A stretch of DNA of 64,000 nucleotides from Eledone cirrhosa. Taxonomy: Eukaryota. The translations under genes and the position numbers were made by a program. Shown here piece by piece: positions 1 to 15,205 of the stretch. Within the stretch, counting starts at the first letter, position 1; each line of letters starts with the position of its first letter. The stretch is taken from assembly GCA_964016885.1 (NCBI GenBank), contig OZ024761.1:12276001-12340000 (forward strand). The letters run 5' to 3'. Under the pieces are notes generated by a model. That model was not told the DNA's origin, made no database searches, and saw only the letters and a program-made list of their open reading frames with translations.

Positions 1-394
1 TATAAATAAATATATATACATAAATATATATATATATATATAGATAGATATATACATACATATATTTATACATATATATATAACAACAGCCACAGCACAA
101 AACCCTTTGAGTATTTCATAAAACAACGCCCAAAACAACTTTCCATACTAAATACTGATAGACTCTTCTTTCTTTCCTTCCTTCCTTCCTTCCTTTCATT
201 CCTTCCTTCCTTCCTTTCTTTCTTCCCTTCCTGCCAGTATCTAGAATATATGGGATTCAACTACACTTTCTGTTGAAATGTCTGTCATCTCCAGCCGACC
301 ACTGATGAAGGGAATGTCCCCCCATTTGTGCTTTCCTTTTATTTTTCAATACACTTTATCAAGTAACCACACAACTCCTTCTATCTTCCACATT

Positions 395-1097
395 TGGTGT
401 GGTCGTGGATGTTTTCAAGAAACATCTCGACACCCTGCTGCTGGATCCTGTACGATCCTGGATCCTGTAGGATCCTGGATGAGCCTACAGCATGGTACGA
501 AGGTACCCGAAGGGCAGTAGCACTCGACACCCTGCTGCTGGATCCTGTAGGACCCTGGATGAGCCTACAGCACAGTACAGAGGTACCCGAAGGGCAGTAG
601 CAATGCACCAATGGCCAGCCAACACAGGCTGGACATAGAATGTGTAGCAACAAGGGCAGTGCCCCAGCATGGCCTCAGTCGGATGGCTGGATGAGCCTAC
701 AGCACGGTACGAAGGTACCCGAAGGGCAGTAGCACTCGACACTCTGCTGCTGGATCCTGTAGAATCCTGGATGAGCCTACAGCACGGTACAGAGGTACCC
801 GAAGGGCAGTAGCACTCGACACCCTGCTGCTGGATCCTGTAGGACCCTGGATGAGCCTACAGCACGGTACAGAGGTACCCGAAGGGCAGTAGCACTCGAC
901 ACCCTACTGCTGAATCCTGTACGATCCTGGATGAGCCTACAGCACGGTACGAAGGTACCTGAAGGGCAGTAGCAATGAATTCCATCTTGCACCAATGGCC
1001 AGCCAACACAGGCTGGACATAGAATGTGTAGCAACAAGGGCAGTGCCCCAGCATGGCCTCAGTCGGATGGCTGGAACAAGTAAAAGAATAAAAGAGT
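395..1097 (+). mobile_element. CR1/L2-type LINE 3' end with internal ~80-bp tandem amplification
   Basis: GAGCCTACAG recurs at 481, 561, 693, 773, 853 and 933 (80-bp period), followed by a TAAAAGA tail. An unamplified homolog at 42515-42741 translates as [20 protein letters not shown]...[10 protein letters not shown]. Confidence 0.7.
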
Positions 1098-1104
1098 ATA
1101 TATC

Positions 1105-1305
1105 TCTATCTAGGGGCGGGCAAAATTCCCGAGATCCATGGACGAGTTCTCTCCAGCGTTCTCTGTCCCTCATTATCGCTGCCATGTCCTGCATCTCCAA
1201 CAGACCAGTGTCTGTCCTTAGGGCATCAACATATATCAACCTCGGTCTTTCTCTTCCAGTGTGTCCATGTAGGGGCTCCCACAGGAGCACTGAGTGCAAT
1301 GTCAA
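1105..1305 (-). mobile_element. RTE-type LINE C-terminal/3' fragment
   Basis: Translation LLWEPLHGHTGRERPRLIYVDALRTDTGL...MRDRERWRELV resembles the RTE-clade ORF C-terminus. Confidence 0.65.
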
Positions 1306-1322
1306 GTATATATATATACATA

Positions 1323-1667
1323 TGGAGGCACATGGCTCAGTGGTTAGAGCATTGGCCTTACAATCGAAAGGTTGTGAGTTCAATTCTCAGACCGGGTGAT
1401 GTGTTGTTTCCTTGAGCAAGACACTTTATTTCACATTGCTCCAGTTTACTCAGCTGTAGAAATGAGATGATAGGACTGGGGTCCCTATCATTCCACTGCA
1501 AAGTGGTCGTGGAGGTGCCACGGCAAAAAAGCACCCAGCACTCACTGTAAATGAGGTTGGTGTTAGGAAGGGCATCCAGCTGTAGAAATCAAGCCAGAAT
1601 CAGTTCCCATCCCACCCTTGCAAGCAGGGAAAAGCGGACGTAAAATTAAATGAATGAATGATGATGA
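1323..1667 (+). mobile_element. tRNA-derived SINE (family 1), full length
   Basis: A box TGGCTCAGTGG, B box GTTCAATTC, CCTTGAGCAAGACACTT body and (ATG)n tail. Other copies at 2226-2580(-), 2702-2928(+), 6770-6992(-) and 23634-23970(+); heads at 13410 and 14578. Confidence 0.85.
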
Positions 1668-2164
1668 AATGACATATATATATATATGTGTGTATATATA
1701 TATATATACATATATATATATTCTCAGTGCTTCAAAGGCTGAAAATTCGGCTTCATACATTGTTTATATATGTATATATGTTAAGTTTTTCCGTAGAAAA
1801 GGTAAAGGAAAGAAGTGTGCTCTATATATAGTACAGAGCTATTTAATTACATAATAAACAACACAATATAATTATTCCATTACCAAAGGTTTCGGGAAAT
1901 TAGACAATTCTTACAGAAATGTCCAGTTCGTTCATAAGATGAAATAGTTAAGTTTTGAAATTGATATCTATTAAAAATGAAAGTGAGGCTGAGTTAAAAT
2001 AATATCTTATAATGGTTAAAAAAAAATATACATATACACACACACTTATATATACATACATACATGCACACACACATATAAACTTGAATGCATGCATCTA
2101 TAAGTACACTCTTACATAGATATATAAGCGCATCAACCACATATACACACTTATATATATGTAT

Positions 2165-2213
<49 letters not shown>

Positions 2214-2225
2214 TATATATATATA

Positions 2226-2580
2226 TCATCATCATCATCATTTCATCATCATTTCATTTTACGTCTGCTTTTCCCTGCTTGCAAGGGTGGGACGGGAACT
2301 GATTCTGGCTTGATTTCTACAGCTGGATGCCCTTCCTAACACCAACCTCATTTACAGTGAGTGCTGGGTGCTTCTTTGCCGTGGCACCTCCACGACCACT
2401 TTGCAGTGGAATGATATGGACCCCAGTCCCTATCATCTCATTTCTACAGCTGAGTAAACTGGAGCAATGTGAAATAAAGTATCTTGCTCAAGGAAAAAAC
2501 ACATCACCCGGTCCGAGAATTGAACTCACAACCTTTCAATTGCAAGACCAATGCTTTAACCACTAAGCCATGTGCCTCCA
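2226..2580 (-). mobile_element. tRNA-derived SINE (family 1), inverted copy
   Basis: Near-identical reverse complement of 1323-1667. Confidence 0.85.
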
Positions 2581-2659
2581 CAATATATATATATATATTA
2601 CTAAGGTAAGATTATTTCATGTTAGCAATCTTGATTTTCTTTCTAACGTATTGTATGGT

Positions 2660-2703
<44 letters not shown>

Positions 2704-2956
2704 TCAGTTTACTCAGCTGTAGAAATGAGATGATAGGGACTGGGGACCATATCATTCCACTGCAAAGTAGTCGTGGAGGTGCCACGGAAAAAAAAAAGCA
2801 TCCAGCACTCACTGTAAATGAGGTTGGTGTTAGGAAGGGCATCCAGCTGTAGAAATCAAGCCAGAATCAGTTCCCATCACACCCTTGCAAGCAGGGAAAA
2901 GCAGACGTAAAATGATGATGATGATGATATATATTATATATATATTATATATATAT

Positions 2957-3035
<79 letters not shown>

Positions 3036-3134
3036 GAAATTATTGTGTAAAGTGCTCAGGTGCACTACAACTCGTCAAGAAAGTACATAGAATAATACAC
3101 AAATGTCAGGGAAGTACATGTGTGTATATAAAAG

Positions 3135-3360
3135 GAAAAGAAATCGAAAATGCAACTGGAGTCTTTGTAAGAATATTTATTTGTTTCCTTTATTGGTTTC
3201 ACAGTTCTTATGCTTTCCAAAAGTAGAATTGAGATGGAGGGTTTGTCGTGTTTCCCTCCATCTCAATTCTACTTTTGGAAAGCATAAGAACTGTGAAACC
3301 AATAAAGGAAACAAATAAATATTCTTACAAAGACTCCAGTTGCATTTTCGATTTCTTTTC
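3135..3360. repeat. Fold-back palindrome (~107-bp arms)
   Basis: GAAAAGAAATCG...GAGATGGAGGG, a ~12-nt spacer, then CCCTCCATCTC...CGATTTCTTTTC. Confidence 0.9.
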
Positions 3361-3422
3361 ATTACTCTTTCACTCGTGTAAGACATCACGGTTTTTTTTT
3401 CATTTAAAAAAAAATTCATTTT

Positions 3423-5199
<1,777 letters not shown>

Positions 5200-5434
5200 C
5201 TGTATCCTTTGATGACAGCAAGTGACCACAAAAGGGGTGTCAGCCATATTGGAGGAGTTGCTACGGTAATTTAGTGTTGATGAGAATATTGAGTCCTTGG
5301 TAGATAGGTTGGTGTCTCTCCTAACATATCTCAGGTGTTGAAAGCTGTTTAACGAGCTTTCCACCCTTTACAGGTGTTTACTTAGTATTCAAAGGTGCTT
5401 ATTGTTTTACAGTAGCTTTTTACCTTCACCTTCT

Positions 5435-6000
5435 TATCACCATCATCATCATCACCATCGTCATCATCATAATTAATTTCATCATCACCATCATCGTCAT
5501 CATCACCATCGTCATCATCATAATTAATTTCACCATCATCACCATCATCATCATTATCATCATTATTAAGGTTGACTTTGCCTTTCATCCTTACGGGGCT
5601 CGATAAAATAAAGTACCAGTAATGCACTGGGGGTAATTGCTGGCCTTGTGCCTAAAGTAGAAACAATTATCATCATCATCATCATCATCATCATAGTCAT
5701 CATAATTAATTTCATCATCATCATCATTATCATTATCATTATCGTCATCATCATCATCATTATCATTATCATTATCATTATCATCATCATCATCATCATC
5801 ATAATTATTTTCATCATCATCACCTTCCTATCATCGCCATCATTGTCATCATCATAATATTCATAAACCTCATGATCATCATCATCATCATCATCGTCAT
5901 CATTATTATTATCACCATCATCACCAGCAACATCACCATCATCACTACCACCATTATTATCATCACCATCACCACCACCACCACCACCACCACCATCACC
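5435..6000. repeat. (CAT)n/(CAC)n microsatellite with embedded SINE family 2 3' fragment (5567-5670)
   Basis: Directly visible; the fragment matches the 3' half of 9964-10152. Confidence 0.9.
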
Positions 6001-6527
6001 GTAGGGTGGCTATAAAACTGACTGTCAGCCCCCCTCCACCTTCGAATGTACAGAATCAAAGCAGACTCTAACTGCCTTGTTTGCTTTCTTGATCACAGCT
6101 TAGCATGTCCATAGCAAGACTCGTGTCTATTATACATAAACTTATTGTATATACCTTTATATACACCTTTATTGTGAAGCACACTATCTTAGTGTTACTG
6201 CTTATATATATATATATATATAGTATTTACGTATCGAGAAAGAGAGAAAAAGGAGGGATAGGTGATACATATAGTTATTTGCCAAGTAGCGTATGCCAAA
6301 GGTGCTCGATACTAGTGCCGGCAGTATTAAATATTCGAAGTGTTAATATTTAGTGGGCTAGAGAGTTAGCAGAGCGTAAGCACGTGGGAAAGTAAAAATT
6401 CGGAGAATAGACCGTTAAAACATGTTTATTTAAAATATCACCTACGTACGTTTCGCCCAGTTGGGCTTCTCAAGGGCATAAATAATCACAAGTGTTCCTT
6501 ATATAGTTCGGAAAGAGTTTTGGGGGT

Positions 6528-6560
<33 letters not shown>

Positions 6561-6600
6561 CAGAATATTAATAAATGAAGACATTCACATAATCAAAATA

Positions 6601-6670
6601 TATGTTATATTATATATATTTCGAAGGTACTGTGCTGTTTTTTCAGTACGTCCTCGTCAGATAAAATACA
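6601..6670 (-). ncRNA. Minimal type I hammerhead ribozyme (PLE-type)
   Basis: Minus strand: tgtattttat-CTGACGA-ggacgtactg..cagtaccttc-GAAA-tatata-TA-atataacata. Complete core with palindromic stem III. Confidence 0.75.
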
Positions 6671-7147
6671 TGAATTAAGTATGACATACCTCAACGGTCT
6701 TGATGGTTCAATTCCAGTATTGGCAGTATTGACTGTTCAATTCCAGTATTGCCAATACTGGAATTGAACCATCATCATCATCATCATTTCATTTTACGTC
6801 CGCTTTTCCCTGCTTGCAAGGGTGGGACGGGAACTGATTCTGGCTTGATTTCTACAGCTGGATGCCCTTCCTAACACCAACCTCATTTACAGTGAGTGCT
6901 GGGTGCTTTTTTGCCGTGGCACCTCCACAACCACTTTGCAGTGGAATGATAGGGACCCCAGTCCATATCATCTCATTTCTACAGCTGAGTAAAATATATA
7001 TATATATATATTAACTCCGTACTCGCACCACCAACTACACAAACGAAGACGGTTGAGCTGCTTTACATTGAGTACTCTCCATATTATTACATCAAGATTG
7101 ACCATACGGAATGACCAGCTCTATCCAGTGGTGAACTTCAAACCTAA

Positions 7148-7202
<55 letters not shown>

Positions 7203-7209
<7 letters not shown>

Positions 7210-9491
7210 ATACTTGGGGAGGGTCATATTTGCGTAATATTGCCAGAATTAATAACAGAACACACTCACTGTTTGGTTGGTTTTCGCTTCTCGCTGTCTT
7301 TTATTATATCTGCGATCTAACTTACTCGGTCCTCAATGTTGCCATTGACTGACCGGCGGTCAAAAATAATACAGATACAATATAGACACAAACACATATA
7401 TATAGTTTACATAATTTACATAAATCTTTCGTTGCACATCTGCAACATCGTCAGTGGTGTTATATTCATTGTTCCTCCTGTTGTGTTGTATGCCTACGCC
7501 ATTTTTTATTCAGTCTGTCTATATATTTATTTATTTATTTGCTTGTTTGTTTATCTTATTTTATTTTGTCTTCTTTGCGCATGCGTTTGCGTGTGTGTAT
7601 AGTGTTATGTGTGATGTGTGACTAGTGTGTATAGTGTTGTGTCTGCTGGGTGACTAGTGTGTGTTTATGTGCTTGTTGTTATTGTGCTTGTGTATGTATT
7701 TATTTATCTTATTTTATTTTATTTTATTTACTTATTTATACTTCTCTTAGGTCAGTGTTGTTTGTTTGGGTGTTGTTGTTGTTCCACTCATTCTTTCTGT
7801 TTAGCTTTGGTCTTCTAATTTCTATTTCACTGGCCTCTCTGATTTGCCTATCTGCTGGGTCATTCCTATGTTTAGATATTATTCTAATTTCTATGTTGTC
7901 TATGTTACCGTCATGTTGTTGTCTAGCATGTTCGTATAGTACTGACCCGTTTTTTCGTTCTTTTAGTTCCCCCCAGTGTTGGTCTATCCTTTCACCTATG
8001 CTACGAGCTGTCTCACCTATGTATGTTGTTGTCATGTTTCTGCAAGTACCCTCTGTACATCTTATGCTATAGACTACGTTTCTAGTTTTACAGTTTATCC
8101 GGGGGTTCACCTTACATATGATACACTTCCTATTGGTACAGTGGGTTTTCTTAAAAGGGTAGGTTTTGCTGATCAGGGATTTTATGGTGGTTCCTGGCTT
8201 TTCTACCACCTTTATTTTTAAGTGGGTCTTTCTCAGGGCCTTTCTACACTGGTTAGCTAATTTCCCTCCAGGGGTGGCGTCCACAAACATGACACTCTGA
8301 TATCTCTGGTTGTCGTACCATGATGTGGCCTTCCCTATCTTATGTCTAGCCCTATCTAAGCTATTCCCTGATTTGCTCCTGTATAGTGGGCAGATTCCTT
8401 TCATGTCCAGTTCTATGAGGGTCTTATACTTTTCCATGGCTCCTTCGTATACTCTGACTCTGTCTCTTTGGTTGTAGCCAGAGAACTGCATGCGGTTGAT
8501 GAAGTGTTGGATGTGTCCTTCCATTTCTGTTGGGTCGCACATGCTGGACACATTCTTCATCACTCGTACCAAATCTGCGATCAGAATATTAAACTTAGCA
8601 CTACTGGACATTGCTGAGTTTTTGAGTATCAGGTATTTGGAGGCCATGGGTTTAGCATAGTGTGAGTGGAAAATTTGGGCTCTCTCGTCTATAGTGTTAA
8701 TCCAGAGTTCTGTGTCTAATACAGGTAGTCTATTGTTAGGGTGTTTGGAAGGGAAGTCTATAGTTACAGTTATACTCTGGTGTATGGAATTAGCTATCTG
8801 CTGGATGCTTTCCATCGTGCTACGTTCTAAATCAAACTTGTTAGTGCTCTCTAGTGGGGGTGTTCTTATAACTATATTGATATCATCTACATAACGAGAG
8901 TACATGATGAGGTCTATGGAGCTTTCATTAAGGAGATCTTTAAGTCTCCTTTCCCACCATACCATGAAAAGGTTGGCAACATCACCAGCTATGCTGACGC
9001 CGATGGCTGCTCCCTCATTTTGGGTGTAGATTTTCTCATTGAACTTAAATATGTGGCCCTTTAGGGTAGTTTTGATACTAGCCCCTATTGCATGTGCGAC
9101 CATTTTTCTTACTTGATCAGTGTTTTGGGGGGTCCGTATGGCTTTGGTCCACCCAATCCACCTTCCTATGGGAGTCTTTTTAGCCATTGAGGTTATGGTG
9201 GGGGGTCTACCTCTTATAGGTCTACTAGGGCAGAAACATCTAAGGTCATGGCTGTCTAGGTAGCCAGTGTCGTAGGTAAGTCTAAGTAGGAGGCCCAGTT
9301 CGTCTGTGTCGACGTCGCAGAACTCCACTTCACTCTCAATGATCATCTCCACACATCTTTTCACAGCAAAATCAATGTTAATGGATGGGTACAGTGACAC
9401 TACATCCATGCTGCCTATTATGCAGTGAGTGTGTTCTGTTATTAATTCTGGCAATATTACGCAAATATGACCCTCCCCAAGTATAACAATA
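7203..9491 (-). mobile_element. Penelope-like retroelement, 5'-truncated, with inverted copy of its 3' terminus
   Basis: RT plus GIY-YIG ORF. 7203-7271 is the reverse complement of 9423-9491. The 3' end abuts (TA)n. Hammerhead-like core CTGACGA..GAAA at ~7400-7460(-). Confidence 0.9.
7736..9422 (-). CDS. PLE reverse transcriptase + GIY-YIG endonuclease (N-terminally truncated, open frame)
   Basis: Motifs SMDVVSLYP, GAAIG, RYVDD, LPVLD, Cys linker CTNRKCIIC..NC, and NVVYSIRC...YIGET.R..ER..QH. The first ~30 aa of the ORF-track protein come from the inverted tail and flank. Confidence 0.92.
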
Positions 9492-9730
9492 TCTGTTTCG
9501 ACACACGATTTCATATAAAAAACCTCGCAAAACTATATATATATATATATATTATTATTATGTAATAAACAACATAAGGCAATTATTCCATTTACCAGTG
9601 GTTTCTTAAAAGCAAAAGTAAATGGAATAATTGCCTTATGTTGTTTATTACATAATAATAATAATTAAGCTCTGTTGCATACATAGAGCACTCTTTTTTC
9701 CTGGACTTTTCCGATGGAATTACTTCATTT

Positions 9731-9773
<43 letters not shown>

Positions 9774-9963
9774 CTCGGCTATTCATATAACAGGATAAAA
9801 ATTTTCATTTAGTCCAGAATTAGCCGTCTAAATGGCTTGAGCTCAGCCGTCGGGGTCCTACTCGTTCCTATTACCCACTCTACTACCCTAAGTATCGAGT
9901 ACTTTGGTGCGTTATGGTCCACCTGGTTCCTTACCACATTTCCTTCGTTATATATATATATAA

Positions 9964-10149
9964 GAGCGGTGAATTGGCAGTATCGGTAGAGGGTTGGACG
10001 CCATGCTTTCCAGCATAGTTACGTCCCTTTACGGTCTGAGTTCAAATCCCGTCGAGGTTAACTTTGCCTTTCATCCTTACGGGGTCGATAAAATAAAGTA
10101 CCAGTAATGTACTGGGTAATTGCTGGCCTTGTGCCAAAAGTAGAAACAG

Positions 10150-10152
<3 letters not shown>
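9964..10152 (+). mobile_element. tRNA-derived SINE (family 2)
   Basis: A-box-like TGGCAGTATCGG, B box GTTCAAATC, and CTTTGCCTTTCATCCTTACGGGGTCGATAAAATAAAGTACCAG body. Copies or fragments at ~13067, 31285, 39330, 40805, 46425, 47655 and 59217. Confidence 0.8.
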
Positions 10153-10183
<31 letters not shown>

Positions 10184-10644
10184 CACACTGTAATGTGGCC
10201 GTGTAGGCAACACGGTAAAAACCTCCCAGACCCACACTGTAAATGTGGTTGGTGTTAGGAAGGGCATCCAACTGTAGAAAACCTGCCAGACAGTCCTATG
10301 CGAGCAAGACAATCACTCTTGCCTCAAGTGGGACTACCCCCGTCCAAACCCATGCAAGCATGGAACACGGACGTTAAACGTTGATGATGATGATGATGAT
10401 GATATATATATATGTATATATATGTATATATATATATTTATAAAGAATTTGAAGTCTGAAAGCCACGACAATGTGGGTTTGGATGGAGAATAATTAAATG
10501 GTAAGAAACAGGACTTGTTTCTTTTACCTTTATTTCTTCCTATGTCCTCATATTTCGAGATTAATGTCTCTTCTTCCGAGGAAAATAAAAGAACTATTCC
10601 AGTCTCTGATGTGGTTTGCTGTACCATGCTGGCCATACACACGT

Positions 10645-12692
10645 GTAGAGAGACACACACACATATACATGTAGAGAGACACACACATATACATGTAGAG
10701 AGACACACACATATACATGTAGAGAGACACACACACATATATACATGTAGAGAGACACACACACATATATACATGTAGAGAGACACACACATATACATGT
10801 AGAGAGACACACATATATACATGTAGAGAGAGAGACACATACATATACATGTAGAGAGACACACACACATATATACATGTAGAGAGACACACACATATAC
10901 ATGTAGAGAGACACACATATATACATGTAGAGAGAGAGACACATACATATACATGTAGAGAGACACACACACATATACATGTAGAGAGACACACACACAT
11001 ATACATGTAGAGAGACACATACATATACATGTAGAGAGACACACACACATATACATGTAGAGAGACACACACATATACATGTAGAGAGACACACACATAT
11101 ACATGTAGAGAGACATACACACATATACATGTAGAGAGACACACACACATATACATGTAGAGAGACACACACACATATATACATGTAGAGAGACACACAC
11201 ATATACATGTAGAGAGACACACACACATATATATGTAGAGAGACACACACACATATACATGTAGAGACACACACACACACATATACATGTAGAGAGACAC
11301 ACACATATACATGTAGAGAGACACACACATATACATGTAGAGAGACACACACACATATACATGTAGAGAGACACACACACATATACATGTAGAGAGACAC
11401 ACACATATACATGTAGAGAGACACACACATATACATGTAGAGAGACACACACATATATACGTGTAGAGAGACACACACACATATACATGTAGAGAGACAC
11501 ACACATATACATGTAGAGAGACACACGCATATACATGTAGAGAGAGACACATATATATACATGTAGAGAGACACACACACATATACATGTAGAGAGACAC
11601 ACACATATACATGTAGAGAGACACACACACATATACATGTAGAGAGACACACACACATATACATGTAGAGAGAAACACACACATATACATGTAGAGAGAC
11701 ACACACATATACATGTAGAGAGACACACACATATACATGTAGAGAGACACAGACACATATACATGTAGAGAGACACACACACATATACATGTAGAGAGAC
11801 ACACACACATACATGTAGAGAGACACACACACATATACATGTAGAGAGACACACACATATACATGTAGAGAGACACACACACATACATGTAGAGAGACAC
11901 ACACACATATACATGTAGAGACATACACACATATACATGTAGAGAGACACACACACATATACATGTAGAGAGACACACACACATATACATGTAGAGAGAC
12001 ACACACACATATACATGTAGAGAGACACACACATATACATGTAGAGAGACACACACACATACACACAGACATGTAGAGACACACACACACATACGCACAG
12101 ACATGTAGAGACACACACACACATACACACAGACATGTAGAGACACACACACACACATACACACAGACATGTAGAGAGACACACACACATACACACAGAC
12201 ATGTAGAGACACACACACATACACACAGACATGTAGAGACACACACACATACACACACATATGTAGAGACACACACACACACATACACACACATATGTAG
12301 AGACACACACACATACACACACATATGTAGAGACACACACACACATACACACAGACATGTAGAGACACACACACATACACACACATATGTAGAGACACAC
12401 ACACACATACATACACATACACACACATATGTAGAGACACACACACACATACACACATATGTAGAGACACACACACATACACACAGACATGTAGAGACAC
12501 ACACACACATACACACAGACATGTAGAGACACACACACATACACACAGACATGTAGAGACACACACACACATACACACAGACATGTAGAGACACACACAC
12601 ACATACACACACATATGTAGAGACACACACACACACATACACACACATATGTAGAGACACACACACATACACACACATATGTAGAGACACAC
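10645..12692. repeat. Minisatellite, ~24-30 bp unit ACATGTAGAGAGAC(AC)nATAT
   Basis: Directly visible tandem array with a unit shift near 12060. Confidence 0.95.
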
Positions 12693-13364
12693 CTGCGAAT
12701 CTGAAACATTTTTTTCTCTTGGACAGTAGAACATGTGGGAGAGGGGGAGAGGGGGTGAGAGAGAGAGAGAGATAGGGAGAGGGGAAGGGAGATATAGAGG
12801 GGAGGGAGAAAGGGGGAGTGGGCGAGAGATAAAGGGAGAGAGAGAGACAGAGAGAGAGAGAAAAGAAGTAGAGGTATATGAAAGAGAAAAAGAGAGAGAC
12901 AGAGAGAGAGAGAGAGAGAGGAGGCGGGGTGAGGTTAAGTGCGCCAGGTAGCAGAGGTTAACGAGAGCGTGTGAACCAGGATATTGTTGTTGTTGTTGTT
13001 GTTGTTATTGTCTTCTTAAAACTTTGGCTTGGCGGCTAATTCTAAAACAACGCCATTGTTTCTTAAAAAGGCGGTGAATTGGAAGATTCGGTAGAGCATC
13101 CAATGAAATTGTATTTATTCCGGCTCTGTGAGCTGCCAGTTCAAATTAGACACGAATCAATTAGATATGGTGTTTATGATTTCATAGATCAATAAGTAAA
13201 GTATTACTAATTTAAGGGGCGGTGTTGTTGGTATTGTTGTTATTCTTGTTAGAATATTTGAATTATTAAAAAGGTTTCACCTTATTTGGGGCCAGATCCC
13301 TGCTTCCTGTGGTCGGAATCCTACCGAGGAGGTAAATTTTGATGACTGTGTGTGTGTGTGTGTG

Positions 13365-13406
<42 letters not shown>

Positions 13407-14014
13407 GTGAAGGCGTGTGGCAGAGTGGTTAGACAATTGGATTCACAATCTTGAGGTTGTGAGTTCGATTCCTGAACCGGGCGATGCGTTATGTCCTTGA
13501 GCAAGACACTTTATTTCACGTTGCTCCTTCTACCTGGAGTTGCGACCGATAGATAGTAATAGCAATTGGAAAGACCAACGGAAACATTGTTTCCTAGGTC
13601 CGATTTGACGAAAGTCGATCGATCCAAAAAAAAAAAAATATATATATATATATATCTCATCATCATCATCATCATTGTTTAACGTCCATCTTCCACGCTA
13701 GCATGGGTTTAGACGGGAGTTGTCCCACTTGAGGCAAGATTGGTCGGGTGACCATGTCTCGCTTGTATGGGGCTGTCTGGCAGGTTTTCTACGGCTGGAT
13801 GCCCTTCCTAACACCATAATGTGTTAGGTAATTCCAAAGGAAAAGCAAAGGAAAAAAGAGTGCTCTATATATAGAACAGAGCTATTTATTTAGAAAGTGA
13901 ACAACACAAAATATAACTACTCCATTACCAAATGTTTCCAGACGTATATTAACATTGTCTGGGATCCAGAAAGCTTTGGTAAGGGATTAGTTATATCTTG
14001 TGTTGTTCACTTTC

Positions 14015-14052
<38 letters not shown>

Positions 14053-14056
<4 letters not shown>

Positions 14057-14260
14057 AACAAGTAGGACCTCGACGGCTGAGCTCAAGCCGTTTCGACGGC
14101 TAATTCTGGACGGCTAATTGAGTCCAGAATTAGCCGTCGAAACGGCTTGAGCTCAGCCGTCGGGGTCCTACTTGTTCCTATTACCCACTCTACTACCCTA
14201 AGTATTGAGTACTTTGGTGCGTTATGGTCCACTTGGTTCCTTACCACACTTCCTTCGTTA
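14053..14260 (+). mobile_element. Short PLE-tail element with 3' half of a hammerhead and inverted 5' duplication
   Basis: GACGGCTAATT-gagtccag-AATTAGCCGTC-GAAA-CGGCT-tgagctc-AGCCG-TC-GGGGTC. Family members at 9811-9950, 14278-14394, 21919-21977, 22154-22213, 26711-26900 and 42768-42820. Confidence 0.7.
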
Positions 14261-14702
14261 TATATATATATATATAGGAAAAGAGTCAGGACCCCGACGG
14301 CTGAGCTCCGGCCATTTTGACCACTAGATTTGAACAGTTCGGATCTAGCTGTCGAAATGGCCGGAGCTCAGCCGTCGGGGTCCTGACTCTTTTCATATAT
14401 ATATATATATATATCATCATCATCATCATCATCATACATCCGCTTTTCCCTGCTTGCAAGGGTTGGACAGGTCCTATTCAGCGCAGCATCTCTCCACTTG
14501 TTACGGTCCTTTGTCATCTCCTCCGTGAGCTTCAGCGATCTGGGGTTTGCTCTCACCACCTCCCACCCATGTTTTTCATGGCTGAGTGGTTAGAGAATTG
14601 GATTCATGAGGTTATGCATTCAATTCCCGGACCGGGCGATGCATTATGTCCTTGAGCAAGACACTTTATTTCACGGTGCTCCTTCTACCTGGAGTTGCGA
14701 TG

Positions 14703-14763
<61 letters not shown>

Positions 14764-14766
<3 letters not shown>

Positions 14767-15205
14767 GAGGTGGTGTGTCAGAAAAGTTCCAGGACTTATG
14801 TCATAAAAGATTTATTTCAAACCCAAACTTCACACTAAGAGTTTTCTCCTTCAAAGTAATCCCCCTGGAGTCTAATGCACTTTTCCATCCTTTTCTGCCA
14901 CGCTTGCATGCACTCCTGGAAGGATTCTTCCGGGATCCTCCGCAGTTCCGTCGTCACGGCCTTTTTGATGTCGCCCACGTCTTCAAAACGAGTCCCCTCC
15001 GGGTCGTCCTCGAAGATCCATGACTCACCACCGGTGATGACTGTCCCTAGCAAGTGTGGTTCGGTTTCAAGACCCTCGAGGATGTCCTGGCACACTTGCA
15101 TGCGTCGATCCTTCTGGTCATCGTTCAGCAGTCTTGGCCCCATCTTCGCGCAGACTCTCCGCATGTCCAAATCTTCAGTAAGAATCTTCCAGGTGTGCAG
15201 TTAAG
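14764..15205 (-). pseudogene. Mariner transposase remnant with one TIR
   Basis: RVCAKMGPRLL, ITGGESWIF (degenerate ITGDEsW) and CIRLQGDYFE. The catalytic region is deleted. TA-CGAGG terminus at 14764. Confidence 0.88.

Noticed and set aside
295-330. CTGATGA hammerhead core
   Set aside because: No properly placed downstream GAAA or stem III; at best a truncated remnant.
1323-1400. tRNA gene
   Set aside because: The A and B boxes continue into a repeated SINE body, and the cloverleaf is not intact.
7500-8200. Selenocysteine recoding or SECIS in the PLE
   Set aside because: The ORF has no in-frame TGA and I see no SECIS-like hairpin downstream.
13270-13345. HDV-like ribozyme (ACC-TCCTC-GGT on the minus strand)
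   Set aside because: A P3/L3-like motif is present, but I could not build P1 or P2.
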